A stretch of 64,000 nt of DNA from a bacterium. Its GTDB lineage: Bacteria > Patescibacteriota > Microgenomatia > UBA1400 > UBA12108. Every line of letters starts with the position of its first letter. Position 1 is the first letter of the stretch. Of this stretch, positions 36,930-48,560 are shown piece by piece. The position numbers were made by a program, and so were the translations under genes. The stretch covers positions 3,887 through 67,886 of the forward strand of contig JAJYKS010000001.1 in NCBI GenBank assembly GCA_021788365.1. Reading direction: 5' to 3'. The notes beneath the pieces are model-generated. The model saw only the letters and a list, made by a program, of their open reading frames with translations. It did not search any database and was not told the DNA's origin.

Positions 36930-39269
36930 GTGTACAAAAGGGCGAAGCATTTTTTTCGGGGGGCGGCGCGGAGAGCGTGTGTGGTGGCTTTGGTGTGGCT
37001 CCTAATCCTGCAGATGGTTTCGCCGGCACTCATACTTGCGGATGATTTGACTAGCACGCCTTCGGCGGATGTGGCAGCGAGTGTCTCTCCCTCCCCGAGC
37101 GAAGCTCCCACTTCCACCATGGATACGGGGGATGCGTATGCTACCGCTGTTGCCACCGTGCTCACCGATACCACGTTGATTGACTCTACTGTGTCGGCTG
37201 TCCAAGGAGACGTTGTGGACCCGAACCAAGGCGATATCGACCTCACCACCCCCTCCTCCAGTCCGTCTGCATCGCCTGAAGCGACAGAGAGCGGGACAAT
37301 ACCGACACCTGCCCCCGCGGAGATTGATATCGAGATCGATAATACGGCAACCAGCACGGCGAGCGTGGCAGCATCTGCCGTGACCGGCGGCAATAGCCAG
37401 GATACGCCCGGTGAGGCCGACATGCACGCCGGGGACGCGGCGGCATCTGCCTATGCAACGACTTTGACCAATACCACTCTCGTTAACTCCACCATCCAAG
37501 TAGCACTTCTCTCTATTTTTGCCAACTGGAACGGGAACATCCTCATAGACCCATCCTTGGCTACTCCCAGCGCAGTACTCTCACCCATGACCGGCTACCT
37601 GGAGATATCCAATACCGGCGACGTTATATTGACTGCGGATGCGAGCGCCCGGACGGGAGATAACTCACAGACGACCGGCGGTGACGCGACTACGCAGACC
37701 GGGAGTGCAATGTCTGTAGCTAGCGTTCACACACTGGCGGACACGACACTAGTAGATGTGGATATATTTGATTTTTTCGTCCAGAATCCATGGCTCTGGA
37801 CCGGTGGGGTATACAACTGGCTATTCCCCGGCAGTCGACAAAGTCCGGACGAAGTATTGGGTAGGAATATTGCCGCATCCGGAGGTAGCAGCTGCGACGG
37901 CTGCACCGTAAACCTGGCTATCTCCAATAGCGGTGATGTGGCCACAACAGTTACGGCAACGGCTGATACGGGCGGAAATACACAAACGGCAAGCGGCAGT
38001 GCCTATATGACCACGGGCGATGCCTATGCCTCTGCACAAGCGGCAGTCGTCGCCAATACGACACTCATAAACTCCAGATATCGGCTACTATCCATCAACG
38101 TCCTGGCGCCGTGGACCGGCAATCTCATCGTCCCCTATCCTGATCTAGCCCTCATGGTCTCGGCTCCCGATACGGTTGCGGAGGGCGAGGATATTCCCTT
38201 TACCGTCACCGTCACCAACCAAGGGTACGAGGCGGCGCGGCCGGTGCGGCTCGGATATGCCATAACCAACGACACCCATCCGGTGGTGACAAGCGCAGTA
38301 GACGAGCCAGACCTGCCACCAGGGGCATCGGTCAGCCAGACTTTTACGTTCCCCACCACCGGACGAGGCGGGGCCACCATTCTTTTCCAGGCAACGGCGA
38401 GTACCCCGATGGCCGAAGAGTCGACATCTAACAATACGGCCTCGGTGTCTACACTAGTACAGACGACGCCTGGTGGGGCGCAGCCGGCGGCGCCATCGGA
38501 CGAGATCCCCACCCTTTCTTTGACGGCAAAGAACAATATCGCTACCTTTATATATCCAGGAGACACGGTGCGCTACGAAGCGGTCATCACCAATGTGGGA
38601 CCGGGGATTGCACGCGACACGGTCTTTTCTCAGGCGATGGTCACGAAGGACGGGGAGATTGTACGCGGATTTGTCGGGGCTGTTGGTGATATACCCGCTG
38701 GGGGAAATAAGACTATACGGTTTTCGATGGTAACTTCACCCGAACTCTCGGCCGGCACGTACTATACGGAGTCTATCGTTCGCGGTCGTTCGGACAACAG
38801 CACGGCGATCGCCTCGAACGTGGTCGAGAACATCGTGCCCGTGCATGGCCGGGGAGGCGGAATCGTCCAGGGAGTGGGGGCTATATCTCCAGAGATCCTG
38901 GGGGTAAACCTAGCACGGCCGGGGGGTGCGCCGCCTATAACCTGTGCTTCGTGTAACCCTGGTATCTGGTACCTGCTCCTCACGACGGGGTCGCTATCTT
39001 ATCTTTTCTCACTGGAGCGGCTGCGACGGAAGATCCCCTTGCCCCGCCTTGTCGGCCTAGGACTGGTGTGGCCGCTTTTCGTCTATGGATTTTATCTTGT
39101 GGCCCATGCCGACTGCCGCAGCGGCATCGCCATAACTTCTCCCGATCCATGGTGCCGGTGGTTGCTCCCTGCGGCGATTGCTCTGTATCTCCTCATTACA
39201 GCCGGGGGGCGCGGACTACGCCACGCAGTACTTTCTAAGATAGAGAAACGTTTGGCCTATATCGGTTAG
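36930..39269 (+). CDS. Large secreted repeat protein with CARDB-like domains and C-terminal transmembrane region
   Basis: GTG start after SD GGAAGGAAAGG. N-terminal signal/transmembrane segment. Four repeats of 'TG[GD]N[ST]QT...GDA.A.A.A....T.L[IV][ND]S'. Two CARDB-like modules ('FTVTVTNQGYEAARPV...', 'YEAVITNVGPGIARDTV...'). C-terminal hydrophobic helices. Confidence 0.65.
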   Translation: MYKRAKHFFRGAARRACVVALVWLLILQMVSPALILADDLTSTPSADVAASVSPSPSEAPTSTMDTGDAYATAVATVLTDTTLIDSTVSAVQGDVVDPNQGDIDLTTPSSSPSASPEATESGTIPTPAPAEIDIEIDNTATSTASVAASAVTGGNSQDTPGEADMHAGDAAASAYATTLTNTTLVNSTIQVALLSIFANWNGNILIDPSLATPSAVLSPMTGYLEISNTGDVILTADASARTGDNSQTTGGDATTQTGSAMSVASVHTLADTTLVDVDIFDFFVQNPWLWTGGVYNWLFPGSRQSPDEVLGRNIAASGGSSCDGCTVNLAISNSGDVATTVTATADTGGNTQTASGSAYMTTGDAYASAQAAVVANTTLINSRYRLLSINVLAPWTGNLIVPYPDLALMVSAPDTVAEGEDIPFTVTVTNQGYEAARPVRLGYAITNDTHPVVTSAVDEPDLPPGASVSQTFTFPTTGRGGATILFQATASTPMAEESTSNNTASVSTLVQTTPGGAQPAAPSDEIPTLSLTAKNNIATFIYPGDTVRYEAVITNVGPGIARDTVFSQAMVTKDGEIVRGFVGAVGDIPAGGNKTIRFSMVTSPELSAGTYYTESIVRGRSDNSTAIASNVVENIVPVHGRGGGIVQGVGAISPEILGVNLARPGGAPPITCASCNPGIWYLLLTTGSLSYLFSLERLRRKIPLPRLVGLGLVWPLFVYGFYLVAHADCRSGIAITSPDPWCRWLLPAAIALYLLITAGGRGLRHAVLSKIEKRLAYIG

Positions 39270-42200
39270 GTGCGGTGCGAGCGGCGGAACCAGAGGTAAA
39301 GCACCAGCGAGAGGAGAACCGCGAGAAGGACCACAAGTGGCCAGAACCACCAGTTGTTGATGAGTGCCTGGAGGTAATTATTTGTCGTGGCCCCCAGCAC
39401 GCTCCCCATAGATTCGGGTGAGGGTGAGGCGGAGGGGGTGGCGACGGTTTGTGCGCCTAAGACTTGTGGTGCAGGGAGAAATCCGGCAGCGGGAGCCCCA
39501 GGAGCAACTCCGGCGGCACCGGCTATGGCACCGGTCCCAACCTCGTTGGAATTACCACTACTATTACCGGCCCCGTCTTTGGCGCGGACGACAAAGTAAT
39601 ACGTGCCGGCACCGAGGCCGTTCACAGTGTAGGTGGTTACGTTGCCAACATTGGCACCATAGATATAGTTACCCGGAGCCGTGCCGTACCATAAGGTATA
39701 GGCGGAAGCGCCGGCGACGGCTGTCCAGCCAAGTGTAGCGGAGCCGGCGGCGGCGCCGGTTAGCGTGAGCGTGGGAGCGGCAGGAGCAGTACGGTCTACC
39801 GTCAGGGTGACGGAGGCGTCTTTACTATGTCCCTCGCCGTCAAAGGCGATGACTTTGACGTTCCAGTCACCTTCAGCGGTCAACTGATCGATGGTGTAGC
39901 TACGAACATCGCTACCCACTGAGGCAGAGTGGAACGTATCGCCAAGCTTCCACTCGACTACGTAGTGGTCTATGCCCACATTGTCGGTTGCGGCGTCCCA
40001 TTTGACGGTCGCGGTCGTTCCGCTGGTCGGGTTTGGTGAGACGGAGACATTCTGGGGGCCATTCGTGAGCTCGGTCGCGTCGTACCGAATATTCTTGATG
40101 CCCGTGTCACTCCAGTTATCGGCCAAATCTTCGGCGCGATAGTAAAGGACGTGGCCGCCCTCTCCTGGAGTAAGGAACGGAGCGGTGTAGGTGGTCCAGG
40201 CTCCGGCCTCACTATCCCACTGGTACTGGATAGTCTGAATGTTGTTTACATCTGTCGCTGTGAGGGTAATCGTCGGATTTGTGACAAACCATCCGTTGCC
40301 TCCGTCGGGACTAGCGGGACTTGTAGCCAGCGCAACCTCGGGAATGGTATGGTCGTAGACCACGGTGAGGGTGTAGGTATTTTCGACGTTGCCGGCGAGG
40401 TCGGTCGCGTGGGATTTGAGCGTGTAGCTACCCTCTCCCGGGGAAGTCAAACCGTCATAGTACCACGTGCCACCCTCACTATTGTAGGTTGCAGGAAGAA
40501 GTATCTCTCCTTCGCTATCTACAAATGACTCACCGTCGAAATATTGTCCCGCGGAATTTTCGATCGAGATATTTACCCCGGTGACTCCACTAAGGTTGTC
40601 GGTGGCTGTTCCCTGGATGGAGCCGGTCCAACTATTGGTATAGACGGTGCTACCAGATCCCTCGTTGGTGGGGAAAGTGATGACACTGGTGGGCGCGGTA
40701 TTGTCGACGGTCACCGTTTTGGTCGTGACTGACCCGGCGTTTTTGTTTCCGGCGGCGTCACGTGCCTCGAGATCGATAGTATAGGTTCCGTCGCTGACGC
40801 CGAGGGTATTCCAGGTGAAGAGTAATTTGTTTACGAACGAGTTTGTGTCGGAAACGGTTCCTGGACCGGCGACAACATGGTTCGTAGAATTTGTAATAAC
40901 CGTATAGTAATGGTCGGGATTGGCGTCTTGGACGCTGCCACGAATGTCTACAGAGCCGCGAAGGAGAGAAATTACAGGGGCGGTGAGTGAAACGGTGGGG
41001 GCGGTGTGGTCGTACGTGACGACAAAGGGACTCGAATATGTGGAGCAGTTACCGGCGGCGTCGCAGGCACTAAACGCAAAGTAGTGCGTCCCCTCCCCCT
41101 GAGAGAAATGATCGTTATATACCCCCAAAGAACTGGAGTACGCACTAAGGTTGGTTGGATTCCATGGTGTTCCGATTTTGTAAACTGAACCGGTAATGTT
41201 ATTCCAATACTTTAGCTGGTAGCGGGTTGTGTCGGGTGAGGAGGAGAGGTTAAAAGTAAAGGTGGATGAACTGGTATATCCGTTTGGTGGCACGCTAATG
41301 CTATTTGCGGTGAGCGTGGCTGTTGGGATAACGGGCGCAACAGTGTCCAAAGTAACATTCCAGATTGGACTCCAGGCGCTCACGTTTCCGGCTGCATCAA
41401 TCGCTCTCACTTGCCAGTACCAAGTTCCGTCTGGTGCCCCCGAAGAGTGGATCATGTTGGTGGGGAGTACTCCGGAATGCCATAAACCAGTGGTCAATAT
41501 TCCCCCCACCTGGGTAGGGTTCATTGATGACTGAAATTCGTACGTAATCGGAGAAATATCCGACGAAGCGTTCCAGTTGAAATCAAAATTGTTTGTCGGG
41601 ATGGTCGTTCCGTTGGGTGTACCATTTGTGGGTACGGTGGGTGCGGTTCCGTCAATGGTTACTGCCCAAGGTCCAGACCAGTCACTACAATTGTCAGCGC
41701 TATCACATGCCTGTACTTGCCAGTAGTAGAGATGGTCAGCAGAACCCGAAGCGTTTATTTGTGAGACTGTTCCAGTATTTGCATTGTAAATCGGTGACGA
41801 TAAGCTGTTGTGTGCACCTGTAGCAGGGTTGTAAGAGGATTGATAACGATAAGTTACGGGCAGATTTAGGCTATCACTATCTGTCCAGTCGAGGAACAGA
41901 CCGGTTGGTTGTACGTGAGATCCATCTGCGGGACTAACCAAGTTAGGGACAGCTGGGGTAACATTGCTTGAAGAATCACTAAAGTTGTCGATCAAGAAAC
42001 CTTTACCACTATCGGCTGAGGTAGCGGTGCCACTCTCACGGAATAAGACGGTTTTGACAATTCGGGGACTTGGCTCAGCAGAAGCTTCGCTGTCATATCG
42101 ATAGTAGTTTTCCCACGAGGTGCCCGTATGCACGAGCGACCCGTCAACATAAACTTTCACAACATCGTTAGAAGGACCCTCTACAAAGTCCATCACAAAT

Positions 42201-44122
42201 TTGAAGGTATGGGGGATTGTACGATCCAGCCCTGAAGCAATTTGGGTTCCGACAAAATTGGCGGGATTAGACGTTCCTTGAACATCGTAAAAATAAACAT
42301 CCAGTCCAGAACTACCGTCTACAACATTTAAGTAACTCATGCGCGAGCCATCGCCGCGGTCTGGTGAAATAGAGAGGTGCATTCCTGGTTGTTGGGCATT
42401 GGGGACAGCAGAGGCAATGTCGAATTGCGCCTCGTAATGATTTTGACGGGTGCCGAGCGCAAATGAACCACTAGTAGCAGAGGTTTCCCCGGCACCATTC
42501 GCCGTAGGTGGGGCAAAAATTTGATCACCAAACGAGCCGCTGGTAATAGAGTCGGAGATACGCAAGGTTTTGCAACCAAAGCTAGGATAGCCATAGACGT
42601 TATCCACGACTGCTTGGTCATATGATCCGGTAATACTCCAGCCATTCTGACCATTGACTGAACCAAGTGTTGAAGTGTCGAAGCTGCCGGCGTTGCACGC
42701 AGGCATTGTTGCAAAATTGAACGTCTGGCCACCGAAAATGGCTTGGCTAACCCAAGCGACTGTCCCATTGGAATTGTCATGATAGGCATTGCCCATGCCA
42801 AGACGGAGATAAGCTCTCACAACATTAAGTCCTGAGTATTCTGTAGCAAGCGTACCGAGGGATACTAAAGGATTCCCCGTAGTGTCTCCGGACATGTTAT
42901 TCCATTTCTGCCACATTCCTGCCGCTGCATTTACGGTATGCCAACCAGTTGGATTTGAGGTTGGCACAAACTGGTAAGTTGTATTGTCAGATCTATCCCC
43001 AATAACTCCTGTGTCAATTTCAATTGTCATCCAGACGGGGAGAGTGCCATATTGATTCTGGACGTCGTAGCTCAACGTTTGTGAGGCAAAATTATTGATT
43101 GTATCTGTTAGTTGGAAGCCAAAAAGACCTTCGTCTTCATACACGTGATCGTTGGGATCAATAGTAAGTCCGGCTTTAATAATGCCAGCTTCTCGACCAT
43201 CATAAATGGTTGTAGTACCCGGAGACCCAGCGACATATCCATTATTTGGACCGTAATAGGCAGAGTAAACTCCACCGCCACCGGGTGCGGCATAGTTAGG
43301 CTGTAAGTTTGTCACTACAAAAATCGTGAAGTGGGTGAGGCCGGGGATGGTGACAATGGATGGGACGGCGGAGACGCTCGCTGCGGAGGTAAAAGTTTTG
43401 CCATCTTCGGAATACTGGACGCCAACGTTGGTTTTCTGTGAGGGGTTGGGGAGGGTGAGATTGTAGGTGAAGGAGCCATCACTCATCGTAGAGGTGATCT
43501 CATAGGCGGTCGACGTGAGCGCTCCCGATTCTTTTACCTGTGCGTCAGTTAGAGTTATTTCGTGAAAAGTAATGGTACCAGGAGTGGCGGGGAGCGAAGT
43601 AAAAGAGACGGAAACATCTTGATTAAATGGAGCGTGATAGGTGGCGCCGGTTACTAGGTCACCATAGGTCGCTGGGTCAGCGAGCCATGCAGTTTCGGAT
43701 GCGGTGAGATCTAGGCTAGAAGAGGTAGGAGTCGCCACGAGGCGAAGGGTGGAGCCATCAACGACAAAATACTGGGCAGTGGTGCCGGTCTTGAAGATAC
43801 CGCGCTCGACTGTTTCGGGCGTACCTACCCCTGCTGACTTTGTTCCGGCATAGACGGTCGCGGGTAGAGTTCCCTGCACCCCATCCATTTTTGTCGGTGT
43901 TTGGTAGTACAAATAATAGTTAGCGCCGGTGGGGCCGGAAAGCGTAAAGTCGTGAGCATCTGCACCATAGCTCACGCTCGGCGAGGAATCGGCCGCCATA
44001 ACCGGAGTTGCTAGAAGAAAGGCTGGAGCTATCGAATTGAAAATGGTGGCAAGAATGAGCAGACAACTGAGTGTGAAACGCGAAAAAAATCGATGAAAAC
44101 CCCGTACCATTCTGCTGTTCAT
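39266..44122 (-). CDS. Giant cell-surface protein (about 1620 aa): signal peptide, multiple Ig-like/FN3-like beta-sandwich repeats, LamG/concanavalin-like domain, C-terminal transmembrane anchor
   Basis: The ORF track start (44182) is a TTG. ATG 44122 gives signal peptide MNSRMVRGFHRFFSRFTLSCLLILATIFNSIAPAFLLATPVMA. Recurrent 'YYWQV.A.D.A[GD]N.S.WS' modules occur 7 or more times. Terminal FN3 module ('TLGWTAVAGASAYTLWYGT...YYFVVRAKDGAGNSS'). C-terminus 'WWFWPLVVLLAVLLSLVLYLWFRRSHRT'. Confidence 0.7.
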   Translation of the reverse strand: MNSRMVRGFHRFFSRFTLSCLLILATIFNSIAPAFLLATPVMAADSSPSVSYGADAHDFTLSGPTGANYYLYYQTPTKMDGVQGTLPATVYAGTKSAGVGTPETVERGIFKTGTTAQYFVVDGSTLRLVATPTSSSLDLTASETAWLADPATYGDLVTGATYHAPFNQDVSVSFTSLPATPGTITFHEITLTDAQVKESGALTSTAYEITSTMSDGSFTYNLTLPNPSQKTNVGVQYSEDGKTFTSAASVSAVPSIVTIPGLTHFTIFVVTNLQPNYAAPGGGGVYSAYYGPNNGYVAGSPGTTTIYDGREAGIIKAGLTIDPNDHVYEDEGLFGFQLTDTINNFASQTLSYDVQNQYGTLPVWMTIEIDTGVIGDRSDNTTYQFVPTSNPTGWHTVNAAAGMWQKWNNMSGDTTGNPLVSLGTLATEYSGLNVVRAYLRLGMGNAYHDNSNGTVAWVSQAIFGGQTFNFATMPACNAGSFDTSTLGSVNGQNGWSITGSYDQAVVDNVYGYPSFGCKTLRISDSITSGSFGDQIFAPPTANGAGETSATSGSFALGTRQNHYEAQFDIASAVPNAQQPGMHLSISPDRGDGSRMSYLNVVDGSSGLDVYFYDVQGTSNPANFVGTQIASGLDRTIPHTFKFVMDFVEGPSNDVVKVYVDGSLVHTGTSWENYYRYDSEASAEPSPRIVKTVLFRESGTATSADSGKGFLIDNFSDSSSNVTPAVPNLVSPADGSHVQPTGLFLDWTDSDSLNLPVTYRYQSSYNPATGAHNSLSSPIYNANTGTVSQINASGSADHLYYWQVQACDSADNCSDWSGPWAVTIDGTAPTVPTNGTPNGTTIPTNNFDFNWNASSDISPITYEFQSSMNPTQVGGILTTGLWHSGVLPTNMIHSSGAPDGTWYWQVRAIDAAGNVSAWSPIWNVTLDTVAPVIPTATLTANSISVPPNGYTSSSTFTFNLSSSPDTTRYQLKYWNNITGSVYKIGTPWNPTNLSAYSSSLGVYNDHFSQGEGTHYFAFSACDAAGNCSTYSSPFVVTYDHTAPTVSLTAPVISLLRGSVDIRGSVQDANPDHYYTVITNSTNHVVAGPGTVSDTNSFVNKLLFTWNTLGVSDGTYTIDLEARDAAGNKNAGSVTTKTVTVDNTAPTSVITFPTNEGSGSTVYTNSWTGSIQGTATDNLSGVTGVNISIENSAGQYFDGESFVDSEGEILLPATYNSEGGTWYYDGLTSPGEGSYTLKSHATDLAGNVENTYTLTVVYDHTIPEVALATSPASPDGGNGWFVTNPTITLTATDVNNIQTIQYQWDSEAGAWTTYTAPFLTPGEGGHVLYYRAEDLADNWSDTGIKNIRYDATELTNGPQNVSVSPNPTSGTTATVKWDAATDNVGIDHYVVEWKLGDTFHSASVGSDVRSYTIDQLTAEGDWNVKVIAFDGEGHSKDASVTLTVDRTAPAAPTLTLTGAAAGSATLGWTAVAGASAYTLWYGTAPGNYIYGANVGNVTTYTVNGLGAGTYYFVVRAKDGAGNSSGNSNEVGTGAIAGAAGVAPGAPAAGFLPAPQVLGAQTVATPSASPSPESMGSVLGATTNNYLQALINNWWFWPLVVLLAVLLSLVLYLWFRRSHRT

Positions 44123-44235
44123 TAAAACTCTCTTGGGCAGATTACTATTTATCGTCTGCGACAAGTATACACCTTTGTGCAACCCTCATAGCAACTACTA
44201 TAATCTTGATAGCTTCCGATATACTTCAGAGACTT

Positions 44236-44262
44236 ACAAAAAATCCCCCTTGCGGGGGATGT
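44236..44262 (-). terminator. Rho-independent terminator after 5S rRNA
   Basis: Minus-strand hairpin CATCCCCCGCAAGGGGGAT followed by TTTTTTG (plus 44237-44260), about 25 nt after the 5S 3' end. Confidence 0.5.
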
Positions 44263-44284
44263 TCTATTCATTGGCGACACTATT

Positions 44285-44405
44285 GCTCCGGCAATGACCT
44301 ATTTTCGCGGTGGGTTGCCCCACAACTATCGTCGGCGCTTTCGCGTTTCACGACTCTGTTCGGAATGGGAAGAGGTGGGACCACGAGGCTCCAATCACCG
44401 GAACA
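44285..44405 (-). rRNA. rrf: 5S ribosomal RNA
   Basis: Minus-strand sequence ...CCTCGTGGTCCCACCTCTTCCCATTCCGAACAGAGTCGTGAAACGCGAAAGCGCCGACGATAGTTGTGGGG... matches 5S consensus helices. Lies downstream of 23S. Confidence 0.8.
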
Positions 44406-44843
44406 ATACTGTCGCCAATGTTAATGTACTAACCCACGCCGCTACGCAAGCGGCGGGGTTTAATGGACGTTGTCCATTAAAAAGTGAAGAGTAAGATTGC
44501 AGTATCAAACTACTCGTTTGATCATGCGTCTCGTCCGAAGGACGAGCCGTCAATCACCATAATAAATTATGATGTTGGCGGACGGGTTAGCTAAACACTT
44601 TGCAGTGCGTACACTTCCCGCCGATAACCTGGTGGTCTCCCAGGGATCTATCGTCCACCCGAAGGTGGACAAGGAATCCTTATCTTGGGGTATGTTTCCC
44701 GCTTAGATGCTTTCAGCGGTTATCATGTATCAACGTAGCTACTCTGCGATGCGCCTGACGGCTACAACAGAAACACTAGCGGTTGACTCACTCCGGTCCT
44801 CTCGTACTAAGAGCGACTCCCCTCAAGATTCCAACGCTGGTAA

Positions 44844-44886
<43 letters not shown>

Positions 44887-44914
44887 ACGTAGCGCTTTAA
44901 TGGGCGAACAGACC

Positions 44915-44945
<31 letters not shown>

Positions 44946-44958
44946 CGCTGAGCCGACC

Positions 44959-45250
44959 AAAAACCTGATGTAGATAGAAATTATTGGTTGCGTCACGTAT
45001 TACTACGTGTTTGGACTATATCTTTATCACGGATATTCTTGTATTCCACGAATATCGTATGAATGTTGGCGTATGAATGCAGTATCTTCCGCATTCTCAT
45101 GCTGCAGGACGCAGCAATCAGTCTCTACGGGGTCTCATACTATCTATTTCTAGAAGGTATTCGACTTCCCACGGGGTTGACCTTAATTGTTCAAGTTAAG
45201 GCTTTCTCCGTTATTAGCCAAATTTACCCTCGACATGTTTGGGTGTTGTC
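44959..45250 (-). other. About 290 nt ORF-less insertion in 23S domain V (between ...ACCUCGAU and GUCGGCUCA, E. coli about 2500); candidate degenerate group I intron or expansion segment
   Basis: Eye-alignment to the E. coli 23S: exon sequence CTACCTCGATA | insert | GGTCGGCTCAGCGCATCCTGGGGCTG. The insert has no ORF of 60 aa or more. Confidence 0.4.
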
Positions 45251-45753
45251 TATCGAGGTAGCGAACTGCACCGTCGCTGTGGACGCTCAGGTGCAACTAC
45301 TCTGTTATCCCCGGAGTAGCTTTTATCCGATAAGCCCGGCACCTCCCACGAAGTGCACGAGGATCACTAGGTCCGACTTTCGTCTCTGCTTGACTTGTAG
45401 GTCTCACAGTCAGGCATCCTTTTGCCCTTGCACTATCATTCCGATTTCCATCCGGAATTAGGATACCTTTGCGCGCTTGCGGTACTCTTTAGCAAGCAAC
45501 CTCCCCAGTTAAACTGCCTCCCAGACAGTGTCCTCTCCCACGATCCAGTGGGATAAGTGAGAAACTCACGTTTCGAAGAGTGGTATTACATGATCGGCTT
45601 GCGCCTCCCACCTATGCTACACAGTCAAAACATAAATCTCAGTGTCAAGGTACAGTAAAGCTTCACGGGGTCTTTTTGTCCTGTTACCAGTAGGCCGCAT
45701 CTTCACAGCCATTTCAATTTCGCCGAGTCCCCCCTCAAGACAGTCTCGAAGTT

Positions 45754-46400
<647 letters not shown>

Positions 46401-48560
46401 TAACCATAGAACAGTTATAGTTACTGCTGCCGTTCACCGGGGCTTCGATCAAAGGCTATCCCGAACAAGTCGGGGTTACCCTCTCAATTAACCTTCCGGC
46501 ACTGGGCAGGCCTCAGCCCGTATACGTTGACTTGCGTCTTCGCACAGACCTGTGTTTTTGTTAAACAGTCACTTCGAGTTATTTATCTGCGTTCCATACA
46601 TTGATACAAGTACCAACATACAGAATAGGCATCTCCCTAAGTTACGCCTAGTTGATTTGCCGAGTTCCTTAAGGGAGGTTCTCTCGCTCACCTTGGTATT
46701 CTCTACCAGTTCACCTGTGTCGGTTTGCGGTACGGATATAGAACATTCTCGTTGCGAAGGTTTTCTTGGATCTAGAAAGTGGGCAGAGTCACCGCGGCCG
46801 AAACCGCAATTCCCCATCACGCCTCGGGTCATAACGCCGGCTACGGATTTGCCAATAGCCAACTACCTTAACGCTTGGACGCCAATTCAATAAGACGCCC
46901 TGCTCTTCCCTGACCGTCACTCCCCAACTAATAATGAACGCCCTATAGGACCGGAATATCAACCGGTAATCCATCGGCTACGCCGGCATTACACCAGCCT
47001 CACCTTAGGGCCGCCTCACCCCACGTCGACGAACGTTGCGTGGGAAACCTTGAACATTCGGTGTGGAGGATTCTCACCTCCATCTCGCTACTCATCCCGC
47101 CATTCTCACTTCTAACCGCTCCACCGCAGCTTACACTGCGACTTCACCGCTGTTAGAACGCTCCCCTACCAGTCATCTCGAATAAATTCGAGATAAATCC
47201 GCAATTTCGGTACATAGCTTGAGCCTCGATGAGTCTTCGGCGCCACTATCCATCGACTAGTGAGCTGTTACGCTTTCTTTCAAGGATGGCTGCTTCTGAG
47301 CCGACCTCCTAGCTGTTTATGGACAATGACTTCCTTGAACCACTTAGCTATGATTTAGAGACCTTAATTGGCGATCTGGGGTGTTTCCCTTTTGTGCCTG
47401 GAACTTAGCTCCCAGGCGCTGACTCCCGAGATAAACATGCGCAGTATTCGGAGTTTGATAAAGTGAAGCGCCTTGCGACGCCGCACCTTTTCAGTGCTCT
47501 ACCCCCACCCATGCATTACTCGAGGCTATACCTAAATATATTTCGGGGAGAACCAGCTATCTCCGGGTTCGATTGGTATATTGCCTCTAACCACAAGTCC
47601 TCCAAGACTTTTGCAGCAGTCACTGGTTCGGCCCTTCCCCCAATTTTACTTGGGGTTCAGCCTGCTCATGGTTAGCTCACTCCGGTTTCGGGTCTTGGCC
47701 ACACTGCTTGACGGACTATTCATCCTCGCTTTCACTACGCCTCCGTGACGATATCACTTAGACTAGCAGTATAGGCAAACTCGACGGGTCATTCTTCAAT
47801 AGGCACGACATCATCCCTTGCGGGACTTTGTCTGTTTGTTAGCACACAGTTTCAGGTACTATTTCATTGGGTGTCTCACCCTTCTTTTCACCTTTCCCTC
47901 ACGGTACTCGTTCACTATCGGTCATATTGTGTATTTAGCCTTACCCCGTGGTCGGGGTAGATTCCGCAGGGAGTTTGCCGTCTCCCAACGTACTCAGGTG
48001 CCAAATTAACGTTAGCTTGATTTCGTATACGAGATTTTCACTCTCTATGATCACCTATTCCACGGTGTTCTACTATCTTGCCAACATCGTATATCTGGTC
48101 CTACAACACCATAATAAATTATGGTTTGGGCTATTCCCTGTTCGCTCACCGCTTACTAAGGGAATCTCATTCGATTTCTTTTCCTTCGGTTACTTAGATG
48201 TTTCAGTTCACCGAGTTACCCACCCTAGATAAATCCAGGGTTCCGCACTATTGCTAGTGCAGGGATTACTCCATTCGGACACCGCCGGGTCACAGGATCG
48301 AGACTCCTCACCGACGACTTTCGCGGTCTTGTGCGTCCTTCTTCGGCACAATATGCCAAGGCATCCACTGTATGCTTTATTTGAGTAGCTTGATACAAAA
48401 TTCAATTCAATTCAAATTTTAGATGCTTTTCCTACTCTTCACTTGTTAATGTGCAACCTCTCGATTTTACTCGAGGTCATCAGGTATCTTGCGATACTTG
48501 AAAGACGAGAGCTTGAAAGCTCAGTTTTGCATTACTGAACTTTCAAACATGTCGTTTGTG

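Noticed and set aside
36183-37499. Minus-strand ORFs of 255, 190 and 165 aa antisense to the secreted repeat-protein genes
   Set aside because: The plus-strand genes have signal peptides, strong RBSs and shared repeat motifs. The antisense ORFs are His/Pro/Arg-rich with no starts in sensible context.
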